NCBI GenBank assembly: GCA_051362555.1
Contig: CM120640.1
Span: 37,219,967 to 37,283,966 of the forward strand
Source of the DNA: Lingula anatina
Lineage: Eukaryota; Animalia; Brachiopoda
Direction of reading: 5' to 3'
DNA length: 64,000 nucleotides
In this document: positions 13,890 to 24,979 of the stretch, piece after piece
Layout of the letters: every line of letters starts with the position of its first letter
How positions within the stretch are numbered: the first letter of the stretch is position 1
The notes under the pieces: model-generated
What the model saw: only the letters and a program-made list of their open reading frames with translations
The model's database searches: none
Told to the model about the DNA's origin: nothing
Translations under genes and position numbers: made by a program

Positions 13890-16800
13890 TTATAAGGAAA
13901 TATAATCTTGTTCATACAGAGATTTCTGTGAAGGGTCAATGACCTCTGATACTCTCCTCTGGTTGAAGGCAGGGTTTTGGAGGCCTCCTTGGTTCTCTTT
14001 TCCGGTTTGATCTCTCATCATTGGTCCTTCACTCCTTGCATCCACGTTATCCTCATCCATATCATAGTCGACCTCAAGGTCTTCTGGGTCTTCGCGAATA
14101 TCCTCAAGACTGCCAACACTTCCACTTCGCCCACTCCTGCTTGCGCTCTCGTGCTCCAGGCCCATCCTGCCAGAATCCATGTACCCGTTTCTTGCGGAAT
14201 GAGGTAGACTTCCATATTCTGAGCCTGCACGGGAATCACTCAGGTACCTTGCATTGCCGCGTGGTAGACTGCCCGTCTCGCTCACAGCATGGCTAGCATC
14301 CAGGTGGCCTGAATTTCCACGTGGTAAGGTGCCAGCGTAGGAACTTGCACCTGCGATGGAGCCTTCAGTCATCCTGCTGCTAAGGGGATGCTTTCTGCTG
14401 TCCAGGGAGGCCATGGAACCCCAGCGACTGGCAGATTCTCCATTATACAGGCTGTTACGTACAGAAAAGTGACTGCCAGCATAGATCTCAGAACTCAAGT
14501 CATCATCCAGCTGTGACCTGAAAAAAGAAAAATGAAACTGTTATTTTATGTGACTAAGTGATATAAAATTAATGTAATACCTCCAGCTCTGTAGGCATGC
14601 ATAAAGTAAGGCAACTTGAAAAAAAATTTTGTCTATAAAAGCATTAACTTTTTTATCCAATTTGAGCAAAGTATTTAATACTATTAACTTTTCCCACAAA
14701 CCTCCATGTTTTTTATTCATGTCTACTTTAACCTTGTTTTTGTTATTTAAAAGAAAACTTAAGCCTGCATATGTATCAGAAAACCATTTTCTGTGCACTC
14801 TCCTCCCAAAATTCTAATCTTTCAACACCTGCATTATTTAAGCCCTTATCAGTTGACTAATCAGTTGACCACCCAGTTCATATTGTAATGCATATTATGT
14901 TAAAGGATGGCATTGTCCAGGGAGAGGTCAAGATTAATGTGTTTTTTTCATCACGACATGTGTCTTGACCATTTTTACAGTTGAGCTTTTGTGCTGAGCC
15001 TCTTGTGCTTCAGTGGACAAAAACAGTGGGGTTGTCACCCAAGGTTTATAGCCTGGATCCCTCTCCACCCAGGTGGCTATAAGACTGTATATCTGCTTGA
15101 TAGTCCATTTAGAATAACATAACTACACATTTAGGTAAATCTCTCAGATAATGAAGCCTTGAGGTCTATGGTACCTGGTATTTGGGAAGAAGAGCTATTA
15201 GCTCTAGCATTTTATATTGATTTTGTTATATTTAGCTGCTTTGGCAATTTAAACAAATTTGCACCACAACTCTCTCGATGCCAAATCTAAGCATACTGGT
15301 TTTGTATTTACATAAGCATGGTTAAGCTGCATTTATTTAGTGCAATTTGTCATTGTTTTTGGGAGGGTGGAGGTCTTTACTTAGATAGGGATCTAATTGT
15401 GTCCAGGCCATAAATGAAAAACCAGATTTTTATCATAATGGTTGCTTTATTTTATGCTGTTGAAAAGTATTTTGTTTAGAGGTAGTAACATCATGTGGTT
15501 GCTTTGCAATAAATTAAACTACTTATTTTTCATTCTATTTCAATATTTTATTTATTTGAATATTTACTTATTTATTTATCATATTTTTTGCACAGCATTT
15601 TTAAATTTTCATTGCATGGTTTTATGTAATTTATGAAAACTATCTGAATGATATATTTGATGCCAATTTTTATCTAATTTTTTAAAAATATATTTACTCT
15701 AATATGTTTCATTTTTTCCTCTAAAATACATAATTAGGTATTGCTTCATATTGTGAATGGAGACTTACCCTTGGTATCTCTTGTATTTCTTGACAGACCT
15801 GCTAAGGAACAACACAGACAGTACACACACTGTTCCAAATAGGATAAGAGCCAGGCATCCTGATAGGGCAGCTGAAAAAATTTAAAATATACATAGAAAA
15901 CAAGCAAGCCCAGAAAAAACTGTTTTTATATACTGATTAGATATTCTTCCTTTGTTTTTTAAATAAATAAAATATTGTAAAGGAAAGTCATATGCTTGTC
16001 ATATAGTTCCATATAGTGCCATATAGTACAATGAATTAAACAATCTATGATCTAGACAGACAGGAGTCTACATGGAGTTATTCCCTAATATATTCAAATT
16101 TTGATGATAGTAATTACTACAGAAACTGGACACTCATTCATCTTAATATATGATAAAGAAGGGACTTTGTTGTATCTATTTTAAGTAGTTCCTTGTTAGA
16201 AAGTTACTGTGACTAAACTGACATACCCAGCAGTATTTCCATCGGCCATTCTTCAGACTCGGTTTGGCCAGCAAGTTTGGGAGAATCTTCTGTAGTGGTA
16301 GTGGTTGGAGTGGTTGTAGGTGTGGTAGTTGTGGTTGGTGTAGTAGTGGTTGTTGTGGTTGTGGTTGTGGTGGTTGTAGGTGTGGTGGTGGGGGTAGTAG
16401 TTGTTGTAGGGGTGGTTGTAGTTGTAGTAGTAGTAGGAGTTGTAGTAGTTGTTGGGGTGGTGGTTGTAGTCGGAGTGGTTGTGGTAGTGGTTGTTGTTGT
16501 AGTTGTAGTGGTGGTTGTGGTGGTGGTTGGATCACAGCCTCTGCCCAGATTCTCATTACATGAGACACAAATGGAGATATCCCTGGAGTTAGCTGCAAAT
16601 ATTTAGAAAAAAAAAACATGAAATGATTGACCAAAATGATTATGAAATATATTAAAATGTAATATAATAATATTATAAATAATATAATATAAAATATATT
16701 TCTCAGAATTTTTGGTACATTCAAACAAAAATGATTTTTCTAAAATATGTAATAGGCTTCTTTACTTAAAATCTATTATGGTGCCCAAAATAGTGCTTAA

Positions 16801-18621
16801 AATAATGTTGTATTTTTGTAAATAATTTTCAGCTCTGGCCCTCTCACCTCTGTAATACATCCAGAATCGTCCTCCCTGAGCTCTCTTAAGAGAGTTCATG
16901 AAAGTCACACGGATGGACTGAACTCCAAAGCTGATCTCGTAGTTAGCAAAACCATTTCCTCTCAGAACCTCGGTCTGGGGGCGAGTTGGGTCATTACTGG
17001 ACACGGTGATATTCTGGGAGGCCCCGATGGGCAGACCTGCAGCATCTTGCAGGCTCATGTCCACTATCATGAGTTCTACATTGTAACCTTTAGGGGCAGT
17101 GAGGTCGCATGTACAGATGTGTGTGTCCATGGTGTCCAGTTGGGTTGGTCTTGGCATGTCGTGGGGGTAGGATGGACTGATGAAGTGACCCTCAATGATC
17201 CTACCAAGGACGTTATCACAGATATATTGAGAAAGAAGTAGATAACCTGAAAAATAGGAAAACAGTTTCATTATTTGTATTGATATTTGACAAAATAAGT
17301 AGCATGGGATGTATTAAATAGAATTATATAAATTTGATGTCATATAAGTACCATGAAGTGTAAATAAGTGAATTTTTTAATTTTGATGTCAGCTGAAGAT
17401 CACTACAGAAGAATAGGATAGATTTGACTGAACTGTTTATATCCAAGCCATGAATTTTCATGATTGCCTACTTAAAAGCTAGACTGCATTATCAAATACA
17501 TAATCAGGTACCTGGTATGCACTCATATGTGACAGAAATATAGTCAGTGTATGGGGCACATGAATTGTCCTTGATATGAGCATTGTCTACTTGGATTTGC
17601 AATGAGCAAATCTTTCTTCCAGAACACTTATCGATGATGTTCTTGAACGTGGCTGGTCTTTGCTTCAGCATGGGGGAGGTGCAGTCCCCCTCTGCAGGAC
17701 AGCACTGTTGGTTTTCCTTGTCGGCACATGCACTGACTCCATAACTGGCATGGTTGATACGGATAACATAATACCCTGCACCGTGCTCTCGTTGGCATTG
17801 TAAATTTAAGAAGGCTCCTGCATCATAGCAACTTCTTACTGTGGTTATGTTGCCTTCTGAAAGTGCATAAAGATATAGTTTAGTGAAATAGTTTTGTCAC
17901 AAGCATCATGTTAATTTCTTTTAATATATGTTGATATATTTTATAAAAAATTTCTCATAGAAATTTGTTCATAAAAGGACTATTTGGCAGTAAGTACCAC
18001 TTTCAGCCAGATAGGAAGTTCTCCATAATTTTTTCTTATTTTAACAGTCAATTTCAACTATTCAATTTATTTTCTGTTTTAAATACTGTGTATAAATCTA
18101 CATAATTTCCCCCTTTATAATTTTTATTTTGGTCCATCAGTCCCTTGCCATTTTAGCAGTTTAAAGCCTCAGTGCTTTAAATGTTAATCTTTTTGTTAAA
18201 TATATTTTACAATAAAAATGTTTTAAATATTTTGTAAGAACCATACTCAGAGATATTAATTCAAAACTTTACTTAAAAAAAGAAATGCTCATATTTTACC
18301 TTCATTTTGTTTTGGTTGCTATAAAAGGTAGTTCATTTTTAACACTTTCAATATTTAGAAGAGAAGTCAAAAAAGCCATTTTCATTAAGTATTAGTCATT
18401 TGTCCAAAACATGCAGATTTAAGATAAAATTCCTCAAAGATGAAGAGTCACACATGAGTGACGAGAACCACGATTTTAATAAATATAATTCAGTTTTTAA
18501 TTCTTAGTCATTTGTCTCACTAATCTAATAATAGTAAATGTATATACTTAATTTCACAGAGGTCCATGATAGAGTTTGTAGTGACTGTCACATCTCTAAG
18601 TTTTCCAGCTTTTAATAATTT

Positions 18622-18652
<31 letters not shown>

Positions 18653-19148
18653 CCATTGTTAAACAGAATATTGTGGACACATGAATCAACTGTTGATTGC
18701 ACAACTGTCAGGAAACATATGGTTTTAGATGGTTTTCAACACAGCCTATACTTGAAAACAAATTTATTCAAGTTGTTGTACTTTTATATGGCAATGTCAT
18801 TTTGCCACTGCAATGATTAGTTTTTGGTTTTGGTAGTCTAGTTAAGATATTTATGACAATTGCTGCCAAGATATACATTTAAGTTTTGTTTTTGCCATTT
18901 CTGGTACACTAACAGGTATGGGGTGCTATATTTCAAAGGCTTACAGTTACTTTCACACGCAAGACTTTTCCAGATAACACCTACAGTTTATCAAGATTTT
19001 CTCAGGTGTCAACCCCGACTTAAAAACAGGTTTACAAGAACCAAAATACAACACAAATGGACTTACCTTGGCCGTGAACAAATAATATACCAAACAGTAG
19101 AAAAAGTAAACATATTCCTCTCCGTAAATTTTTGGTTGCAGTCTTCAT
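13890..19148 (-). CDS. Receptor paralog B: type-I membrane protein (signal peptide, SUEL-like, CUB, Thr/Pro mucin stalk, TM, repeat-containing tail), 640 aa, complete
   Basis: Exons (minus): 19148-19067 (MKTATKNLRRGICLLFLLFGILFVHGQ), 17856-17512 (10-Cys lectin-like), 17246-16848 (CUB with GHFISPSYP...RFWMYYR), 16592-16227 (poly-Thr/PTTT), 15871-15769 (TM AALSGCLALILFGTVCVLSVLFL), 14517-13890 (tail ending QDYISL*). GT-AG introns, phases 1,1,1,1,2 (identical to paralog A); 1923 nt in frame. Confidence 0.9.
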
Positions 19149-20604
19149 TGGGCTGGTCTTTGTCTTCTCTGCTAAAATTCACTGACTGAGAAGTTAGCGG
19201 CAGCAATTTTAAAATGCAAATGAGATCGGCATGCACGTCACTAATGCATATATGTCAGGAGAAGGATGAGAAACACTTACTTATCTGATGGTGACCGAAA
19301 TTATTAAGGGACATTAAACCAGCAAAGTGGTACTGTCATGAAATGTGCTTCCCTGTATGAAAAAAAATTGTTTATGGTCAGAATTGTTCTTATCAAGTAC
19401 TGAGTAAGAGCCCAACCCTTTTTCATACCGGAACGCACGTTTCCCTTTTATCCTCGAAACACCCCATGAAGACAGGTGCAGCAGAATTCTGTTGTTTTTG
19501 GGTGATTTTGGTTTAGAGGTGAAAGTATATTAAATATGTGTCTGCCTGTGCTTACCTCTGCACTCGGGACTCTTTTGTTTTTCAAAGACAATAGCCCCAT
19601 TATCATAACTCCAGTGATAATTGGGAAACATCATGCTAGCATTTTGTTGCATGTTATTAAGGGAAAGAGAAATAGAAGCTGTCTGTATAGAAAATGAATT
19701 GTTCATGTAAGGCTAATGAGGCAATTGTTAAGTTCTGCTGAAGACATGTTTCAGTATGTATAAAATTGTTGAAAGTGTTCTGACATGTGTGAAGTACCAC
19801 ATTGAGCTCAGCAATGGTGGTACTGTCAAACAGATAAAGACTTAATTCACCTTTAAAATTAAAACAACCTTGCAGTTAGAGGTTAAAGAGTGACAGGGCA
19901 AACCACCACCTGGTAAAAGGCCAACTTTATCAGTAAATTAAATCAGTGAAAATATAAAATACAGGTGCTTCATCAACCTCATCCCAGTTACGGCCATGTT
20001 TTGGTATCCTGTATTCAATTACTTTTTTATGATAAACCATCGTGATATTTTTTGTGAATTCTTTAAAGGCAAGATGGTGCTATGGCAATCTTAATTGATA
20101 AGAATCGGACAGAGTCATATTGAGTCAGTGTGCTTGGTGGTGTGAGTGTTGTGGGATATCTTCACACCTGCATGCCCAGATGTGATACAATCAAGATCTC
20201 TGTCTTGACAGAAATTAATACTATCCCACATGAAGCACACAGGAAAAAAAAAGAAAATATATATTAAATTTAATTATTACATATTGTAACATGTTGGAAT
20301 TGGTACTTTACCTTCGCTTTATTTTGCAGAATATTTCTGTTTGTTAGGAAATAGTTTTTAAAAGAGATGGGTCTGTTGTCATAATTTTTAAGTGTGGACT
20401 GTGATTGTTGTTTTGATATGAGACATTGATTTGGCTACATAACAGCTACATCCTACTGTACATGATGGGCCACTGACTTTGTGATTTGTAGCCGGGGTAA
20501 ATATGTCCATTTATGGAAACGGGTATGATTGCTGTCGTCAGGAGAGTTCTAATCCAGGGTCGTGTGTTACTTTCTTCAAAGAAAGTGGACTCATAATGAA
20601 ACAG

Positions 20605-20771
20605 CAGGCACGTAGCCAGGGGGAGTCAAGGGGTTCAAACGAATTGTGCATTTTGCTGAGAAAAGGTCCGCTTTGGATAAAAATTGATCTAGGTATACTG
20701 AGGTTTCATGGTCAAGGTCCACTTTTTCAGAAAAAGACCCCCTCCCTTTGAAATTGCTGGCTACGGACTTG
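20605..20771. mobile_element. MITE-like element, copy 1
   Basis: Imperfect TIRs CAGGCACGTAGCCAG / CTGGCTACGGACTTG; the body is repeated at 21503-21666. Confidence 0.6.
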
Positions 20772-21237
20772 TTGTGAATAGTATATTTTCACCTGGTGAT
20801 TTGTCTTTTTACTTCATTCAGGAATATTAAATGCACCTGGGATGAACCAGTCCAGCAATGTTACATCTCTGATTTATGTTTAATCAACCATTCAGTTTGC
20901 ATAATACTTATGATGTGTATGTGTGTATATATATAGCCATCCAGATAGACTGGTGAACATACGGGCAGGCAGACAAATGGATATGATTTGTGAAATTGAA
21001 TTTTTTTCCTTAAATTAAGATGCCTAACATACCTGTGGTTTTTGATACCGGTATCCATATGATGTTTCTGTGAGAAAATAAAATAAATATGTGTGCATGG
21101 ATGGCAGATGCTATTTTTTAAATTGTGTAAAAAAGAGGATAAATTCTTTAAAATGTTGTCATTTAGACTAAACTTCTACAAATAGCATATCAATTAATGC
21201 CCCAAAATGGTCATGTTCATTTTTTTTAAATTTATAT

Positions 21238-21239
<2 letters not shown>

Positions 21240-21310
<71 letters not shown>
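21240..21310. repeat. (AT)n microsatellite
   Basis: Direct reading; about 35 units. Confidence 0.95.
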
Positions 21311-21316
<6 letters not shown>

Positions 21317-21502
21317 CAGGTCTTCCTGCATGCACAATATTAATGTCAGTGCTGTTATCAGAACTAGGATCAAAAGCACAACTTTGAAAATACATTTATA
21401 AAAAGAAGGAAACAATTTTAAATGGTTTCTGTGGCCCAGTTATACAAAATATTTATCTTATGCTTGTGGCTCAATGAAAAAGTTTTTAAGGGAAAGAGAA
21501 AT

Positions 21503-21666
21503 AGTGGAGGGGGGAGGGGTCAGAAGCTTAAAAGAACCCCCCTTTTTGCTGGGAAAAGGTCTGCGCTAGGTAAACTTGATCTAGGTACATGAAGATTTCA
21601 TGGTAAAAGGTCCACTATTTCAGAAAAAAGACCCCCTCCCCTTTGAAATTGCTGGCTGCGGGCCTC
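21503..21666. mobile_element. MITE-like element, copy 2 (5' TIR lost)
   Basis: Shares GAAAAGGTC..TTGATCTAGGTA..TTTCATGGT..AAGGTCCACT..TTTCAGAAAAAGACCCCCTCCCTTTGAAATTGCTGGCT with copy 1; lies between short inverted ends GGCCCAGTT (21433) and AACTGGGCC (21667). Confidence 0.55.
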
Positions 21667-21747
21667 AACTGGGCCTGGTAACTGTTAAGTATGTATAGAA
21701 ATTTTTTAACAAATCAAGTTTTCAAACTTTTTCCATCACTTTTCCAG

Positions 21748-24218
21748 TTATTACAATTTGGATGATACTGATCATGACAGCATCAACAAGTTTCTGTCTT
21801 CACTTGTGGAGAGAGCACTGGTGGAACTGGAGGCTTCATCCTGCATTGGAATTGGTGATGTAAGTGCAATATTGAAGGGTCTTTTTAAAAAGAAAAGAAC
21901 AGAAAGATTGAGTTTTAGGAAATACCTGTAGATATATTGTAAAATTAAATCAATTTTGTCATAAACAAAAGTAAGGAATAACTGCAGCATCTTCTGTATA
22001 AGAATATATTTTGTTCAAAAGTAAATTGATTAATAAGCTACCTCAGCTTTGAATTTTTTTTTTTCAGGATGGCTCTAGCATTGAAGCTCTTACTTTGGGG
22101 CGCATATCCTCTTACTACTACTTGAATCACTTGACAGTGAGGATGTTCCAGGACAATCTCACTCCAAACTCCACACTTGAAGAGCTCTTGACAATGCTGT
22201 CGGTAAGTTTTAAAAAAGCAATAATTTTTTTCTTGAAATTGTGAAATGTCAGTATAGTTATTTTCATTATGTTTTTTATGAAAAGAAGACAGAGAAAAAA
22301 ATAATCTGCAAGTTTTCCAAAATATAGCATCCATCCATACTATACAATATATATAATGTCCTGAAGGTTTAGTAATGTCCATAGATAATTTGCTTCTAAG
22401 AGTTTAATTAGTCTGAAAATGATTATAATGATAATGCACAAAATTCATTATCAAACTTAAAGTGAGGAAATTAGAATTAACTATGGATCCATTACTAAGA
22501 CAAACAAACCTTTGAATCTGTGAACTGTTGTACTATTGAATATTTCAGAAAATTTTTTTTAAAATTTGGAATGAATGTTTTGAATATTGAAATTTCAAAG
22601 TTGAAAATTGGCCTAGGACTACAAAGACACGCCAGTTCATTTGATAATCAGCAAATTATTATTTATATCAGAGATTCACTATAGAATAGGTTTAGTTATA
22701 TCTTTGTTTTAAAACATTAGGTTATATTGTGTAATAATGAAACATACAGGACAGAAACTTATTGTCATTTCCCTACTGCTATCATGCATTTTATCATTTT
22801 AATGGATAAAAAAACCTGATCTAACCAGAAAATGTTGGAATTGTTTTGTTTATAAACATAAAGGGTGCTGGACTCTCTGCTTTTGTATTACAACACAAAT
22901 CATTCACATTTATTGTTTATTTTTATTTCTTATATTTATTTTGTTGTATTTTATTTTTATATTTTTATTTTTATTTTTGCATTATGATTGTAGTCTGGGA
23001 TGGCCTTCAGTGTCAAAACCAATCTGTTCATTCCACTTGCTTCTTGAAAATCAGAATCGAACTCTTTTTAAAGAACATAGATTTATTTATAGAAACCATC
23101 TGTACAATTTAAAGATAACCCCCTACATTCATTCCCACTCCAGGAGGTGTTTCCAACCTCTATAAAATGTCATTTTTCTCTGTTTTTGGTTATTTCCTTC
23201 ACAAATGGCTGTTGTTTTAGGATGCCCATGAGTATGCTGAGTTACCAGTACGGCACAATGAAGATCAGATCAACAGGTACAATGCTATTTACAGATCTTT
23301 GGTAGATACTGCCATCATTTGTGTGCCACTTCATGTGCTACGCCCATATAGCAGATGGGAAAGCTCAGGCATATATAATATATAATATATAATTGTGCAG
23401 AGTTGACTTTTTTCTACCATGTAGAACTTGCAAGTAAATTGAACTCTTGTTACAGCGTTATGCAACAAAGACAGCATACTTATTAATACAAGGCACGATT
23501 GTACTTCAAGTTTGCAGAAGGTGCATATTTTACAGTGCAATTTTTTTTCAACTGTAAATGATCTTTGAAGACAACTTCAGTGTTGACATGTATTACAGAA
23601 GTGATTTAGTGTCCATGAACTGCTTTGTTTGAGAGATTTATGTTATGTTTATGTAGAAAAAGTTTGCATGCAATAATACAGATTGTTCTTTAATCTTACA
23701 TGCAACCATTCCATATTTTCTTGTAGATCTACTATGAAGTTACTGTAAATACAAGAAATTAATTTTTTTGCAAAAAAGTTGTATACTCAATGAAATTAAT
23801 GTTTCTGGGCCATACTTAGAATGCTGCATGAATCATTTCCATGTGAGACAGGATGATATTTTTCTTTAATAATTCTTTATAGGAAATCCTATATAGGAAA
23901 TGAGATAATATAACTACGGGAAATGAAATAATCTGATGGATTTATTTTTGGTTAAAGGTATTTAGAAAATAGTCTTGATATGAGTAACATTCCAAACTTC
24001 TTAAATACTGAAGTTAATTCAAATGAATGATATGTTATTTCAGTGAACTTGCCCCCAGGCTCCCCCTAGCAGTAAACCCTCACTCCTATGATAGTGCCCA
24101 CACCAAGGCTCATCTGCTGTTCCAGGCTCACTTCAGCCAGTCCACACTCCCTTCCACAGACTATCTCACAGATACCAAGTCTGTGCTGGATCAGGCCATC
24201 AGAATTTTACAGGTTATT

Positions 24219-24267
<49 letters not shown>

Positions 24268-24909
24268 ACACACACGTACGTACACACACACACACACACA
24301 CGCAAGCACAAATTGGTCTACTGCAATCAAGGATAAATCTGTAGTAGTCCAGGAAAATAAAGTGTTTATTGTCTATCTGAAGTTTTTGCCACATTTTCTT
24401 GCTTTTGGTAACACAGGCCCAATGTCCTCATATATGGTCTAGCGGCTACCTTTGTGTCAAAACCATTGCCTAAGTACCATGACTAAAATTGTTTACAAAA
24501 AAGTTAAATATAAACATAGGTGCAACCAAAATGAAAATAAATATGAATCACTGTCCCTTTTTTGTTGTCTTCAACCAGTGTCTGTTGAATAATTTGTTTT
24601 GAAAATTGTAACCATAAACAAAAAACATATTATTCATTGGATATTTTATATGTGAATAAACAAAGTACATGCAAATATGCCAAGAATGTTTTTTTTCTCC
24701 TTTAAGGCCATGCTAGATGCTACAGCAGACCAGGGTAACTTGATTCCAGCTCTGCATGTCATTAACCTGGTACAGATGGTGGTCCAAGGAAGATGGGCAC
24801 ATGAGTCATCCCTCCTTATTCTTCCACATATCCATTCTTATAACCTACACTGTATTAGGTAAGACGGGTGTGTGTGACACTGTGTGTGTGACACTGCGTG
24901 TTGTGTGAC

Positions 24910-24979
<70 letters not shown>

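Noticed and set aside
16264-16606. Cys/Gly-rich metallothionein- or keratin-like ORF and poly-Val ORF on the plus strand; Gln/Pro ORF 16176-16724 on the minus strand
   Set aside because: These are antisense or off-frame shadows of the poly-Thr exon, which has proper splice sites and phase.
21168-21401. ORFs with (IY)n repeats
   Set aside because: Translation of the (AT)n microsatellite.
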